This document shows positions 38,928 through 46,735 of a stretch of 54,364 nt of DNA, in pieces. Below the pieces are notes generated by a model. The model made no database searches. It saw only the letters and a program-made list of their open reading frames with translations, and had not been told where the DNA came from. The translations under genes were made by a program, and so were the position numbers. Within the stretch, counting starts at the first letter, position 1. Each line of letters begins with the position of its first letter. This DNA comes from Candidatus Magasanikiibacteriota bacterium (GTDB taxonomy: Bacteria; Patescibacteriota; Patescibacteriia; Magasanikbacterales; UBA922): contig JABIBU010000001.1 of NCBI GenBank assembly GCA_018652595.1, forward strand, positions 1 through 54,364, read 5' to 3'.

Positions 38928-39332
38928 ATGCTTTATATTATTTTATTCGTACTAAGTATTGCTGGGATGATAGATAGCCTATATATCTATCACAAGAACA
39001 AACAAGTAGCACCAATGACATGTCCGATAAATAGTGATTGCAATGCAGTGTTAAAAAGTAAGTGGAATAAGTTTCTAGGAGTAAAAAATGAAGTCTGGGG
39101 ATTTTTATACTTTTTATTTATTTTTTGCCTAAGTACTTTTTATATTTTTGGTTTGTTTGATCTTCTAAATTTTGATCTGATTGTGTTTTTTACAGTTGCT
39201 TTTGGATTTCTTTATTCTCTGTTTTTAATATATGTGCAGATTTTCAAAATTAAGGAATACTGCCTGTATTGCCTGTATTCAGCTGGGATAAATTTATTAA
39301 TGTTTTTATTTACTATATATTTTGTTTTATGA
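38928..39332 (+). CDS. Vitamin K epoxide reductase family protein
   Basis: C.....C..VL.S.W..FLGV, C-terminal CLYC, four TMs. Confidence 0.88.
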   Translation: MLYIILFVLSIAGMIDSLYIYHKNKQVAPMTCPINSDCNAVLKSKWNKFLGVKNEVWGFLYFLFIFCLSTFYIFGLFDLLNFDLIVFFTVAFGFLYSLFLIYVQIFKIKEYCLYCLYSAGINLLMFLFTIYFVL

Positions 39333-39784
39333 AAAAAATATTTCTTTTATCTTTTCTAATTCTTCCTTTGCTTTTATTTACCGGAGCAGGGTGTAGTGAT
39401 AGTCTTCCAGAAGATCAACAAGTTGATTACGAAGAAGATGTAGCGCCTTTGATAGAGGAAGTAGATGGGGATTATAAAGTCCGTGGTAGCTGTAATGTGG
39501 TCGCAGAAAAAAGTACTTGTATAGATTATGTGGGATCTCTTTGGGATCAGCCAGAGCAGAAAGAATTAAATTGTAGTAATGTGGGAGTGTATTCCGATAA
39601 TACTTGCCCATATTCTGAGCTAGGCGGTTGTCAGATGGGTGGTGGGACATTTACAGAGGTTATTACATGGCACTATGGCACTGGTGGCCAGGCATTCACT
39701 GCTGAGGACGCATATTATGCTGCTCAGGCCTGTAATACACTTCCTATGGGGACATGGGTTGGATCGGATCATTTTTTACAATAA
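39329..39784 (+). CDS. Cys-rich lipoprotein, function unknown
   Basis: Likely start MKKIF at 39329; TGAGC lipobox; six further cysteines. Confidence 0.7.
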   Translation: MKKIFLLSFLILPLLLFTGAGCSDSLPEDQQVDYEEDVAPLIEEVDGDYKVRGSCNVVAEKSTCIDYVGSLWDQPEQKELNCSNVGVYSDNTCPYSELGGCQMGGGTFTEVITWHYGTGGQAFTAEDAYYAAQACNTLPMGTWVGSDHFLQ

Positions 39785-39797
39785 TATAAGCAATAAA

Positions 39798-39825
39798 TAA
39801 AAACAGCCTTTCAAAGGCTGTTTTT
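39798..39825. terminator. Bidirectional terminator
   Basis: aaaaacagcct-ttcaa-aggctgtttttg. Confidence 0.8.
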
Positions 39826-39857
39826 GGTTTGTTAGGGGTTGGGTGGCGTCCCCCTTG

Positions 39858-40127
39858 TCATGCGACAGTTGGTTTTTGGTCATTTTTCGAGGTTGTTGCC
39901 TCGAGGCGTCCGAGAATATCGACCTCTGGCATTTTTCCTGCGATGAGCAGGTCGATTGCCTCAGGGTCAAGCCCTTTGTAGCGAAGTAGATGATTCCGAA
40001 TTTCTTCATCATCCCAATCAGAACTTCGTTGTTGTGGAATCCACATTTCCAGCAGAAAGGTATATGCTTCGCACATGTTCTTTTCTGCTTCCAAGATTAC
40101 TCCCGGTAAGCTTTTATCTTTCGCCAT
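39858..40127 (-). CDS. Small orphan protein
   Basis: AAGGAGG SD just before ATG 40127 (MAKDK); more GC-rich than the flanks. Confidence 0.55.
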   Translation of the reverse strand: MAKDKSLPGVILEAEKNMCEAYTFLLEMWIPQQRSSDWDDEEIRNHLLRYKGLDPEAIDLLIAGKMPEVDILGRLEATTSKNDQKPTVA

Positions 40128-40289
40128 GTTCCTCCTTTTGCCACCCACTTTATCCTAGCATGTTTATTGGTTTTGGGCAAGATTGTTTAATAATATTATT
40201 TTAATGTATATTACTTATCCACAATAATTTTTTATATTAAAATATTTTTCTGCTATACTTTAAAGATAATAATTTTTTAATTAAACAAT

Positions 40290-40799
40290 ATGAAGAAAAA
40301 AGGATGGGGCATAGCTGCTATTTTGGGAATCGCAGTTTTTTTATTTACGGTCTTTGCCTATAGTTGGGTTTATGATCGTCTTGAATTGGTAAGTGAGGGG
40401 TTGGCTAATCCAAAATTTCCTTATCCGAAATATTCACAAGAAGATTTGAGTAAAATGTTTCCGCAATATGTAAATGAAGATGTGGTCACTACTCAGAGTC
40501 CAGAAGAGACTCATGAAATTTTTCTAAGTCACTTAAAAGCTGGGAATATTAATGAGGCAGTTGAATGTTGTTTTGTGAAGGGGGATTGGGAAGACCAGAA
40601 AGAGTTTTTTCAAGGTGTAAAGGATAAAGATATGTGGGATGTGATGGTGGCGGATTTGAGTGAGATTGAGAAGGATTTATTTTTGGGTACAAAAATAACC
40701 TATGTGTACAGTGGTACTTGGGAAGGCGGAAAGAAAATAGCTAATGTGATAACATTTATAAAAAATTCAAAAGGTGTTTGGTTGATTGATAGTTTGTAG
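40290..40799 (+). CDS. Membrane-anchored hypothetical protein (NTF2-like C-terminus)
   Basis: N-terminal TM; SPEET...F...LK.G.I..A; F.KN.KG.W.I. Confidence 0.6.
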   Translation: MKKKGWGIAAILGIAVFLFTVFAYSWVYDRLELVSEGLANPKFPYPKYSQEDLSKMFPQYVNEDVVTTQSPEETHEIFLSHLKAGNINEAVECCFVKGDWEDQKEFFQGVKDKDMWDVMVADLSEIEKDLFLGTKITYVYSGTWEGGKKIANVITFIKNSKGVWLIDSL

Positions 40800-40810
40800 A
40801 TTATAATTTG

Positions 40811-41346
40811 TCCCCTCCTTTTCAAGGAGGGGTAATACATGAGCCCGAGCAAAGCGAAGAGGTGATTGAGGGGGTGGTTATAACGCTATATTAGCTATGT
40901 CAAAAATATTCAATCAAAAAAGACAAAAGCATTTGAGGAAAGAATTACGAGGAACTCTGGTAAAAAGTGAGGCTGCTCTTTGGAAGAAGTTACGTGGTAG
41001 TCAGATAGGTTTTAAATTTCGTCGCCAGCATGGTATTTGGCCTTATATTGTAGATTTTTATTGTCCCAGGGTTAAATTGGTTGTGGAAATTGATGGCTAT
41101 ACTCACATTGATGAAGAAGATTATAAAGAAGATTTAAAAAGAGAAAAATATTTAAGATCTTTGGATCTGAATATAAAAAGATACTCCAGTGGTTTTGTGT
41201 TGAAAAACATAAAAGAAACCTGCTTTGATATTTATGGTAAGTGTGTGGAGCTTAAAGGTGATTCTGAGTACACCACCCCGCCACTTCGTGTGCGCCCCTC
41301 CTCCGAAAGGAGGGGGCAAATATAATATTACCCTTCGTAAGGGGGA
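40811..41346 (+). mobile_element. DUF559 nuclease gene bracketed by inverted CCCCTCC..GGAGGGG palindromes
   Basis: Left end tcccctccttttcaaggagggg...ggggtggt; right end accacccc...cccctcctccgaaaggagggg. Confidence 0.6.
40897..41325 (+). CDS. DUF559 / Vsr-like endonuclease
   Basis: R..LR......E..LW..LR, KFRRQH.I.PYIVDFYC, LVVEIDG..H. Confidence 0.92.
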   Translation: MSKIFNQKRQKHLRKELRGTLVKSEAALWKKLRGSQIGFKFRRQHGIWPYIVDFYCPRVKLVVEIDGYTHIDEEDYKEDLKREKYLRSLDLNIKRYSSGFVLKNIKETCFDIYGKCVELKGDSEYTTPPLRVRPSSERRGQI

Positions 41347-41378
41347 TCAAATGTGAATTAACTTTTTAAAAAAACAGT

Positions 41379-44300
41379 ATGAACAAAAAAAGGGGGAATA
41401 TTTTTGGTATAAGTTTGGGTATTATAATTGTTTTATTTTTGGGCACTATTACTATTCGTAATAGTGTTTTTTCTTATGACACAACAGTAGCCCATCCTAA
41501 TATTGTGGACCTGGCTGCTAAAGTTTATAATGAGGATTCTTTTGAGAAATTGACTGATCAGCAAATTACTTGGATGAGACAAGGTGCAGAAGATGAGGAT
41601 ATGCCGATTCGATGGATGAATCATTTTTATGATCCAGTTTATAATGTTGGTTTTAAGTCATCATACCTAACTGCAAAAGATTGGTCAGGGGCTAGTGAAA
41701 AACAGCGCGATTATTCTCTAGGTGACAAATCATGGCAAAGAGCAATAAGTGATTATCAAGATGGTAATAGCGAGGAAGCTTTTCAGGCTTTGGGCCATGT
41801 CTTACATCTTATAGCTGATATGAGTGTGCCTGCACATACTCGCGATGATGCTCATCCAGAGGGAGATTCGCTGGAGCAGTTTATAAAATACAATTGGGAT
41901 ATTTTGTACGCTGGGTTGCAAGAAATTGATATGGATTTAACTTATTATTCTAGATTGGATTATTATTTTGATAATTTGGCAAATTATTCTAATAATAATT
42001 TTTATAGCGATGATACTATTGAAAGCGATAAATATAAGAACATAATTATTGATTATTATAATGAAAAAATTAATGATAATGGTAATAGTATTATATTGGC
42101 AATTTCTGATCAAGATATTTATGCCCATGTACAGCGAGGTACTTTGTGGAAAGGTGATTTGGAAAAGAGCTTAAAAAACCAAATAGTCCTAGCCGACTAC
42201 ACTAAACACCTCCTTCCAAAAGCAGTTAGTCATAGTGCTGGTGTTATAAAGTTATTTTTTAAAGAAGTAGAAAAGGAGCATGATTTTGATTTGAATAAAA
42301 ATAAAATTAGTTTTGTCGGTAAAATGGGAAATATGCTTGGTTGGGGAGTAGAAAAATTAGCTGGTCTTAAGCAATATTTTGGTGGTGGAAAAGAAGTGGT
42401 AAGAGCAGATGAAAATACTGTTTTGTCGGTAATGAATCCAGGCTCCGCTAAAGCTATGCCGGACAAGGTGATTACGAAAGAGATAGATGTCGTAGAACCA
42501 ATTTACTACGGACCACCAAAGCCAACAATTGTTTATACCGCTCTAGAACCGGAAATCGAGGTAAAAGAGCCGGAAGCGCTAGTAAACATTCCAGTACCAC
42601 CAAGTTTTCCTAAGATTGATATCGAGACAGAAATAGTAGTGGATGCGGAAGTGATTGACGAAGTGGAGGAAAACGAGGTTGTTGAAGAGAAAAAAGTTTA
42701 TCATTATGGAGGTGGTGGAGGATATTCTGCTCCAGTAGTCGAACCAGACACAGAACCAGTTCTTGATCCTATAACACCAACATCTACATCCACTAGCACG
42801 CCTTCAGATGATGGAGAGGGATCAAGTGATGGTGGGGAGGAAGATGAGGAAGTTGTAACTTCTACTTTACCAACTATTCAGATAACCAGTCATCAGGCTT
42901 CAAGTTATACCAATGTAACATCTACAATTATTACAGGTACTAGTAGTGAAAGCATGGTGCGAGTTTTTATAAATACCAGCACAGTAGAGGTAGGTACCAG
43001 TTCTACCTGGCAAGTGGAAGTTGATTTAGTAGAAGGAGAAAATAGTTTTGAAATTTTTGGAGAAGATAGTGTTGAATTACGGAGTGTTACTAGTACAATA
43101 GAAATTATTTTGGATACCACTGCGCCAGAAGTTTTGAGTGTTGAAACAGCGCAGACTGAGTTTGCTACACCGACAATCCGAGTTAGTTGGATTGTTGAGG
43201 ATGTGGGTGTAGGTATATCTTATTATGATTTGGAATATAATACAGATTCTGGTGATTGGTTAGGGTTGGCAACTAGCACCACCAGTACGACCTATGATTT
43301 TATTGGTGAAAATTTACACGAGTATAATTTCCGTATTAAGGCTTATGACAGTTTTGATTATGTATCTGAGTGGGTTACAAGTAGTTCAACTCTTACTGAT
43401 TGGCCTAAGAGTGTAGTTGTTAATGAAATCGCTTGGATGGGTACTTCTGTGGCAAAGACTTCAGATGAGTGGTTGGAATTATACAATAATACTGATGAAA
43501 CGATTGACCTGACTGGTTGGAGAATATTGGTTTCTGGCGATGAGATAAATTGGGATAATACGGATCATGTTATTCCAGCCAAAGGTTATTATTTATTAGA
43601 GAGAAGCGATGATGATACTGTTTTTGGTGTTGATGCAGATGGTATTTTTACTTTATCTGGTGGATTAGGTAACAGCGGAGAGAATGTAGTTCTCATGAAC
43701 AGTGTTAGTTCTACTATAGATCAGGTTGATTGCTCTTCTGGTTGGTTTGCAGGTGTTACAAATAATGGTTATCGCTCCATGGAGCGTTTGAATCCGAGTG
43801 ACCCTGGTAGTATAAGTGGTAATTGGCAAACCAGTGAGTCGGTCGCGCCAAAAGGAAGACCATATGGCGGAGATGTTATTTATGGCTCTCCAGGCTACCA
43901 GAATACTGCTTATTGGTTTCTAAAAGGTGATCTAAGCTTCCATTATGCAGATTTGATAGTTGATAACAAATTAACTCTAACTAAGGCTAGCAGTCCTTAT
44001 TTAATAGATTATTCAACTGAAATTCTAGGTGGTTTGAAAGTAGAAGTAGAGCCAGGAGTGGTTTTGATGGGAATAGATAGGAGTTCTTATATTAATATAA
44101 AAGGCGATTTGATTTTAAATGGTACAGCAGAGGATCCGATTATATTTACCTCAGCTTTGGATACAAATTATGTTCAACAAAATTTAACAACTTTGACTGA
44201 TGAAACTCCACAGGCGGGTGATTGGTCGAGAATTGAAATAGAAGAAGGTGGTAGTCTGCAGGCTGAGAGTGTTAAGTTTTTTTATGGTGGGCAGACTTTT

Positions 44301-45320
44301 ACAAAAGGAACAGGGTGGGTTTATGGTACCAAGTGGATATCCCAGGTTTTGCGTAATACTGGTGGCACAGCTAATTTGAATAATGTTGAATTTGCGAATA
44401 ATTATATTGATGGAGTAAATCCAGATTACAATACAGTTGTTTGGGTCGAGGCACCTCTGGGCTATAGCGCTAGCACTACGATTGAAAATAGTATTTTGGA
44501 TGCAGGTTACACAGCTGTTAATTTTTATGGACAAAATAATGGACAGACAGTTTCGGGTGTCCTTGAGAATAATGTATTGAAAAACTTTACTGATCCAGAA
44601 GCAATTATAAAGGTTAGTAATAGTGAACCAAAGATTAATGGTAATTTTTTAGAAAATAACACAAGTGATTATATTGATATGGGTGGTTTTGTCTTGAGCA
44701 GTGACTTTACTTTGAAGCAAGATCAAAAATATTTATTTTCTAATATTGAAGTGCCCGTGGACAAGATATTAACAATTGAACCAGGGGTTGATGTTAAATT
44801 GAGTGGCTATATAAAAGTAGATGGTAGTCTACAAGCCAATGGCGAAGTAGGTAATCCAATCAATTTTATACCTAGAGATAATTATTGGAATATAATGTTG
44901 TTTAATAATTCTAGCTCTAGTTTGTCTAACGTAAATATAACAAGGGGTAATGGTGGTGGAGGACTGCGCGCCCCAAACAAGCGCGGTATGGTGACTGCTG
45001 AAAATTCAACTGTCAGTTTTGATAGTGTTAATTTTATGGATGCAGAACGACCATATAATATGCTTTATCTAGAAAATTCAGATATAAATATCAAAGATAG
45101 CATCATTTCATGGACAGACAACTACACCGGATCAAAAAATATCGATGGAATAATGTTTAAGAGTGGAAAACTACATTTAGATAGCGTGACTTTTAATAAT
45201 ATGAAGCGAGGAGTTGAGATTATGAGTGGGGGAGTAATAACTATGGATAATATGAATCTCGGCCACTTCCAAAACATAGCAGACCTAAACTGGTGGCCGG
45301 CGAGTGCTCTGAGCATGTAA
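41379..45320 (+). CDS. Large surface protein: Zn phospholipase C/P1-nuclease-like domain, linker, Ig/FN3, lamin-tail domain, beta-helix
   Basis: N-terminal TM; H...EDED...NHFYDP and LGHVLHLIADMSVPAHTRDDAH...E; VVNEIAWMG...EWLELYN...IDLTGW (lamin-tail domain); GTAEDPIIFTS repeats. Confidence 0.8.
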   Translation: MNKKRGNIFGISLGIIIVLFLGTITIRNSVFSYDTTVAHPNIVDLAAKVYNEDSFEKLTDQQITWMRQGAEDEDMPIRWMNHFYDPVYNVGFKSSYLTAKDWSGASEKQRDYSLGDKSWQRAISDYQDGNSEEAFQALGHVLHLIADMSVPAHTRDDAHPEGDSLEQFIKYNWDILYAGLQEIDMDLTYYSRLDYYFDNLANYSNNNFYSDDTIESDKYKNIIIDYYNEKINDNGNSIILAISDQDIYAHVQRGTLWKGDLEKSLKNQIVLADYTKHLLPKAVSHSAGVIKLFFKEVEKEHDFDLNKNKISFVGKMGNMLGWGVEKLAGLKQYFGGGKEVVRADENTVLSVMNPGSAKAMPDKVITKEIDVVEPIYYGPPKPTIVYTALEPEIEVKEPEALVNIPVPPSFPKIDIETEIVVDAEVIDEVEENEVVEEKKVYHYGGGGGYSAPVVEPDTEPVLDPITPTSTSTSTPSDDGEGSSDGGEEDEEVVTSTLPTIQITSHQASSYTNVTSTIITGTSSESMVRVFINTSTVEVGTSSTWQVEVDLVEGENSFEIFGEDSVELRSVTSTIEIILDTTAPEVLSVETAQTEFATPTIRVSWIVEDVGVGISYYDLEYNTDSGDWLGLATSTTSTTYDFIGENLHEYNFRIKAYDSFDYVSEWVTSSSTLTDWPKSVVVNEIAWMGTSVAKTSDEWLELYNNTDETIDLTGWRILVSGDEINWDNTDHVIPAKGYYLLERSDDDTVFGVDADGIFTLSGGLGNSGENVVLMNSVSSTIDQVDCSSGWFAGVTNNGYRSMERLNPSDPGSISGNWQTSESVAPKGRPYGGDVIYGSPGYQNTAYWFLKGDLSFHYADLIVDNKLTLTKASSPYLIDYSTEILGGLKVEVEPGVVLMGIDRSSYINIKGDLILNGTAEDPIIFTSALDTNYVQQNLTTLTDETPQAGDWSRIEIEEGGSLQAESVKFFYGGQTFTKGTGWVYGTKWISQVLRNTGGTANLNNVEFANNYIDGVNPDYNTVVWVEAPLGYSASTTIENSILDAGYTAVNFYGQNNGQTVSGVLENNVLKNFTDPEAIIKVSNSEPKINGNFLENNTSDYIDMGGFVLSSDFTLKQDQKYLFSNIEVPVDKILTIEPGVDVKLSGYIKVDGSLQANGEVGNPINFIPRDNYWNIMLFNNSSSSLSNVNITRGNGGGGLRAPNKRGMVTAENSTVSFDSVNFMDAERPYNMLYLENSDINIKDSIISWTDNYTGSKNIDGIMFKSGKLHLDSVTFNNMKRGVEIMSGGVITMDNMNLGHFQNIADLNWWPASALSM

Positions 45321-45347
45321 CATATAACATGACCTTCCTAAAGGAGG

Positions 45348-45454
45348 GTTTTTTTGTACTTGACATTTTGGGGAAAATGGTATAGTATGTTTATTATGTT
45401 CTATTTACCTGAGTCCATGATGGGCGAAGGTTTTTCACTGAAGGGGGAAGTTCG
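45348..45454 (+). promoter_or_regulatory. Cassette 1 promoter, leader hairpin and RBS
   Basis: TTGACA-N17-TATAGT, acct-gagtccatgatgggcga-aggt hairpin, AAGGGGG; homologous to 45909-46013. Confidence 0.75.
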
Positions 45455-45769
45455 ATGACAAAGAGTGCACATGTGTTTAGGCTCCGGGAAGGAGTCGAAG
45501 TGGAAATTCCCAGGTGGATGTTCTTTACGGAGGCGAAGGAGCCTGATGCCGAGGGTGGTATCACCCCGATGATCACGCGTATCAAGGGTGTCGGCGGGGG
45601 CAAATTCACCTTCCGATCCATGTCGGAACTCGATCCGAGTGACGATGACCTGACTGGGATCGTGGGGTTCATCCCGCGTTTCGCCCCAGGTGACATTCTC
45701 GTGCTCAACCGTGTGGAGGTTGGTGGAGAGAAGGGGATCCGCAACTTGCGCTTCCTGCCCAAGACCTAG
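45455..45769 (+). CDS. Orphan protein (cassette 1 cargo)
   Basis: Promoter and RBS upstream; GC-rich relative to the window; ends ACC TAG within the shared trailer. Confidence 0.7.
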   Translation: MTKSAHVFRLREGVEVEIPRWMFFTEAKEPDAEGGITPMITRIKGVGGGKFTFRSMSELDPSDDDLTGIVGFIPRFAPGDILVLNRVEVGGEKGIRNLRFLPKT

Positions 45770-45915
45770 AGACGCTCGTCTCTCAAGCTCGTCCGGGCTA
45801 GGTTTCATCCGTTCATTAAGTAGTAGGAGGATAGGAGGTGGTCTTTGAGCCCAAGGCTCACTGTGTCCACCTCCTGAAATTGATTTTTTTATTCCACCTG
45901 AGAGGTGGTTTTTTT
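45763..45915 (+). repeat. Structured 3' trailer copy 1 (98 bp identical to copy 2) plus terminator
   Basis: 45801-45898 equals 46561-46658; aggaggtgg/ccacctcct stem with inner tgagcc/ggctca hairpin. Confidence 0.92.
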
Positions 45916-46013
45916 GTACTTGACTTTTTGAAAAAAATAGTGTAGTATATTTGCTATGCTATGTTTACCTAAGCCTATGGTGGGTGAAGGTTTTTTTCAA
46001 GGGGGTTTCTTTT
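45909..46013 (+). promoter_or_regulatory. Cassette 2 promoter, leader hairpin and RBS
   Basis: TTGACT-N17-TGTAGT, acct-aagcctatggtgggtga-aggt hairpin, AAGGGGG. Confidence 0.7.
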
Positions 46014-46526
46014 ATGCCGATGAGAAATTTGGAGAATTGTTTGATTGCGTTTGAGTTCGGAACTGTAGAAGTCGGGTTCTGGAAGGGGGGTCGGGTTCGT
46101 GCTCTCAAGTCTGCATTCGTCGCTTGGGAGATGAGAAAAACGGAGATTCCGGAGGTTCCCATTTCTCCGGCACTCGGTGGTAAGGGATATTACACCCCGA
46201 TCGAGAATGTCCTCTGGGACAATCACGATGTCCTCAATGGGCAGTTCGGTTATCCCAAGGGGTTCGTTGCCATTCAGGCTTTTCAGCAGGAGGGTGGTTG
46301 CTCTTGCGGCTTCCCCGGTGCTGGATGCGGTGGTGGTGGTTGCGACGACTGCAACTGCGATCCATCTGTGGAGTTCGTCTCCACCGAGTCGAGTCATCGC
46401 GATGATGGTCCATGCGATGGGTGTGTGGCATGTCATGGTGGCGATGATTGTCCATGCGATGGGTGCGTCGATGACTTCTGTTCTGAGTGTGCTCACAATG
46501 TCCCGCAGCAGTCTGCTACGACCTAG
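46014..46526 (+). CDS. Orphan protein with a Cys/Asp/Gly-rich metallothionein-like C-terminus (cassette 2 cargo)
   Basis: Likely start ATG 46014 after AAGGGGG; CSC, CDDCNC, PCDGCVACH, CPCDGC and CSEC. Confidence 0.7.
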   Translation: MPMRNLENCLIAFEFGTVEVGFWKGGRVRALKSAFVAWEMRKTEIPEVPISPALGGKGYYTPIENVLWDNHDVLNGQFGYPKGFVAIQAFQQEGGCSCGFPGAGCGGGGCDDCNCDPSVEFVSTESSHRDDGPCDGCVACHGGDDCPCDGCVDDFCSECAHNVPQQSATT

Positions 46527-46673
46527 AGACATTTCGTCTCTCCTGTCCATCTCTGGGCTGGGTTTCATCCGTTCATTAAGTAGTAGGAGGATAGGAGGTG
46601 GTCTTTGAGCCCAAGGCTCACTGTGTCCACCTCCTGAAATTGATTTTTTTATTCCACCAATAGGTGGTTTTTT
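46520..46673 (+). repeat. Structured 3' trailer copy 2 plus terminator
   Basis: Direct repeat of 45763-45915; the identical core is offset by 760 bp. Confidence 0.92.
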
Positions 46674-46735
46674 GATATTTGAATTAAACATCAAAAAATG
46701 TTAGTATATAGTCATGAATATTAATAAATAAATAT

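Noticed and set aside
46420-46437. CVACH as a haem c site in the cassette 2 protein
   Set aside because: There is no export signal, and the motif lies in a Cys-dense tract where CxxCH is expected by chance.
45801-46658. Diversity-generating retroelement TR/VR pair
   Set aside because: The copies are identical and non-coding, with no adenine-specific mismatches and no reverse transcriptase nearby.
45763-46673. CRISPR array or integron attC cassettes
   Set aside because: There are only two long repeats separated by a gene. I see no RYYYAAC/GTTRRRY attC ends, and no cas or integrase gene in the window.
45394-46694. Minus-strand and alternative-frame ORFs (122, 135, 239 and 143 aa)
   Set aside because: They are shadows of GC-rich plus-strand genes; promoter, RBS and terminator all support the plus strand, and the shared MKPSP peptide comes from the repeat.
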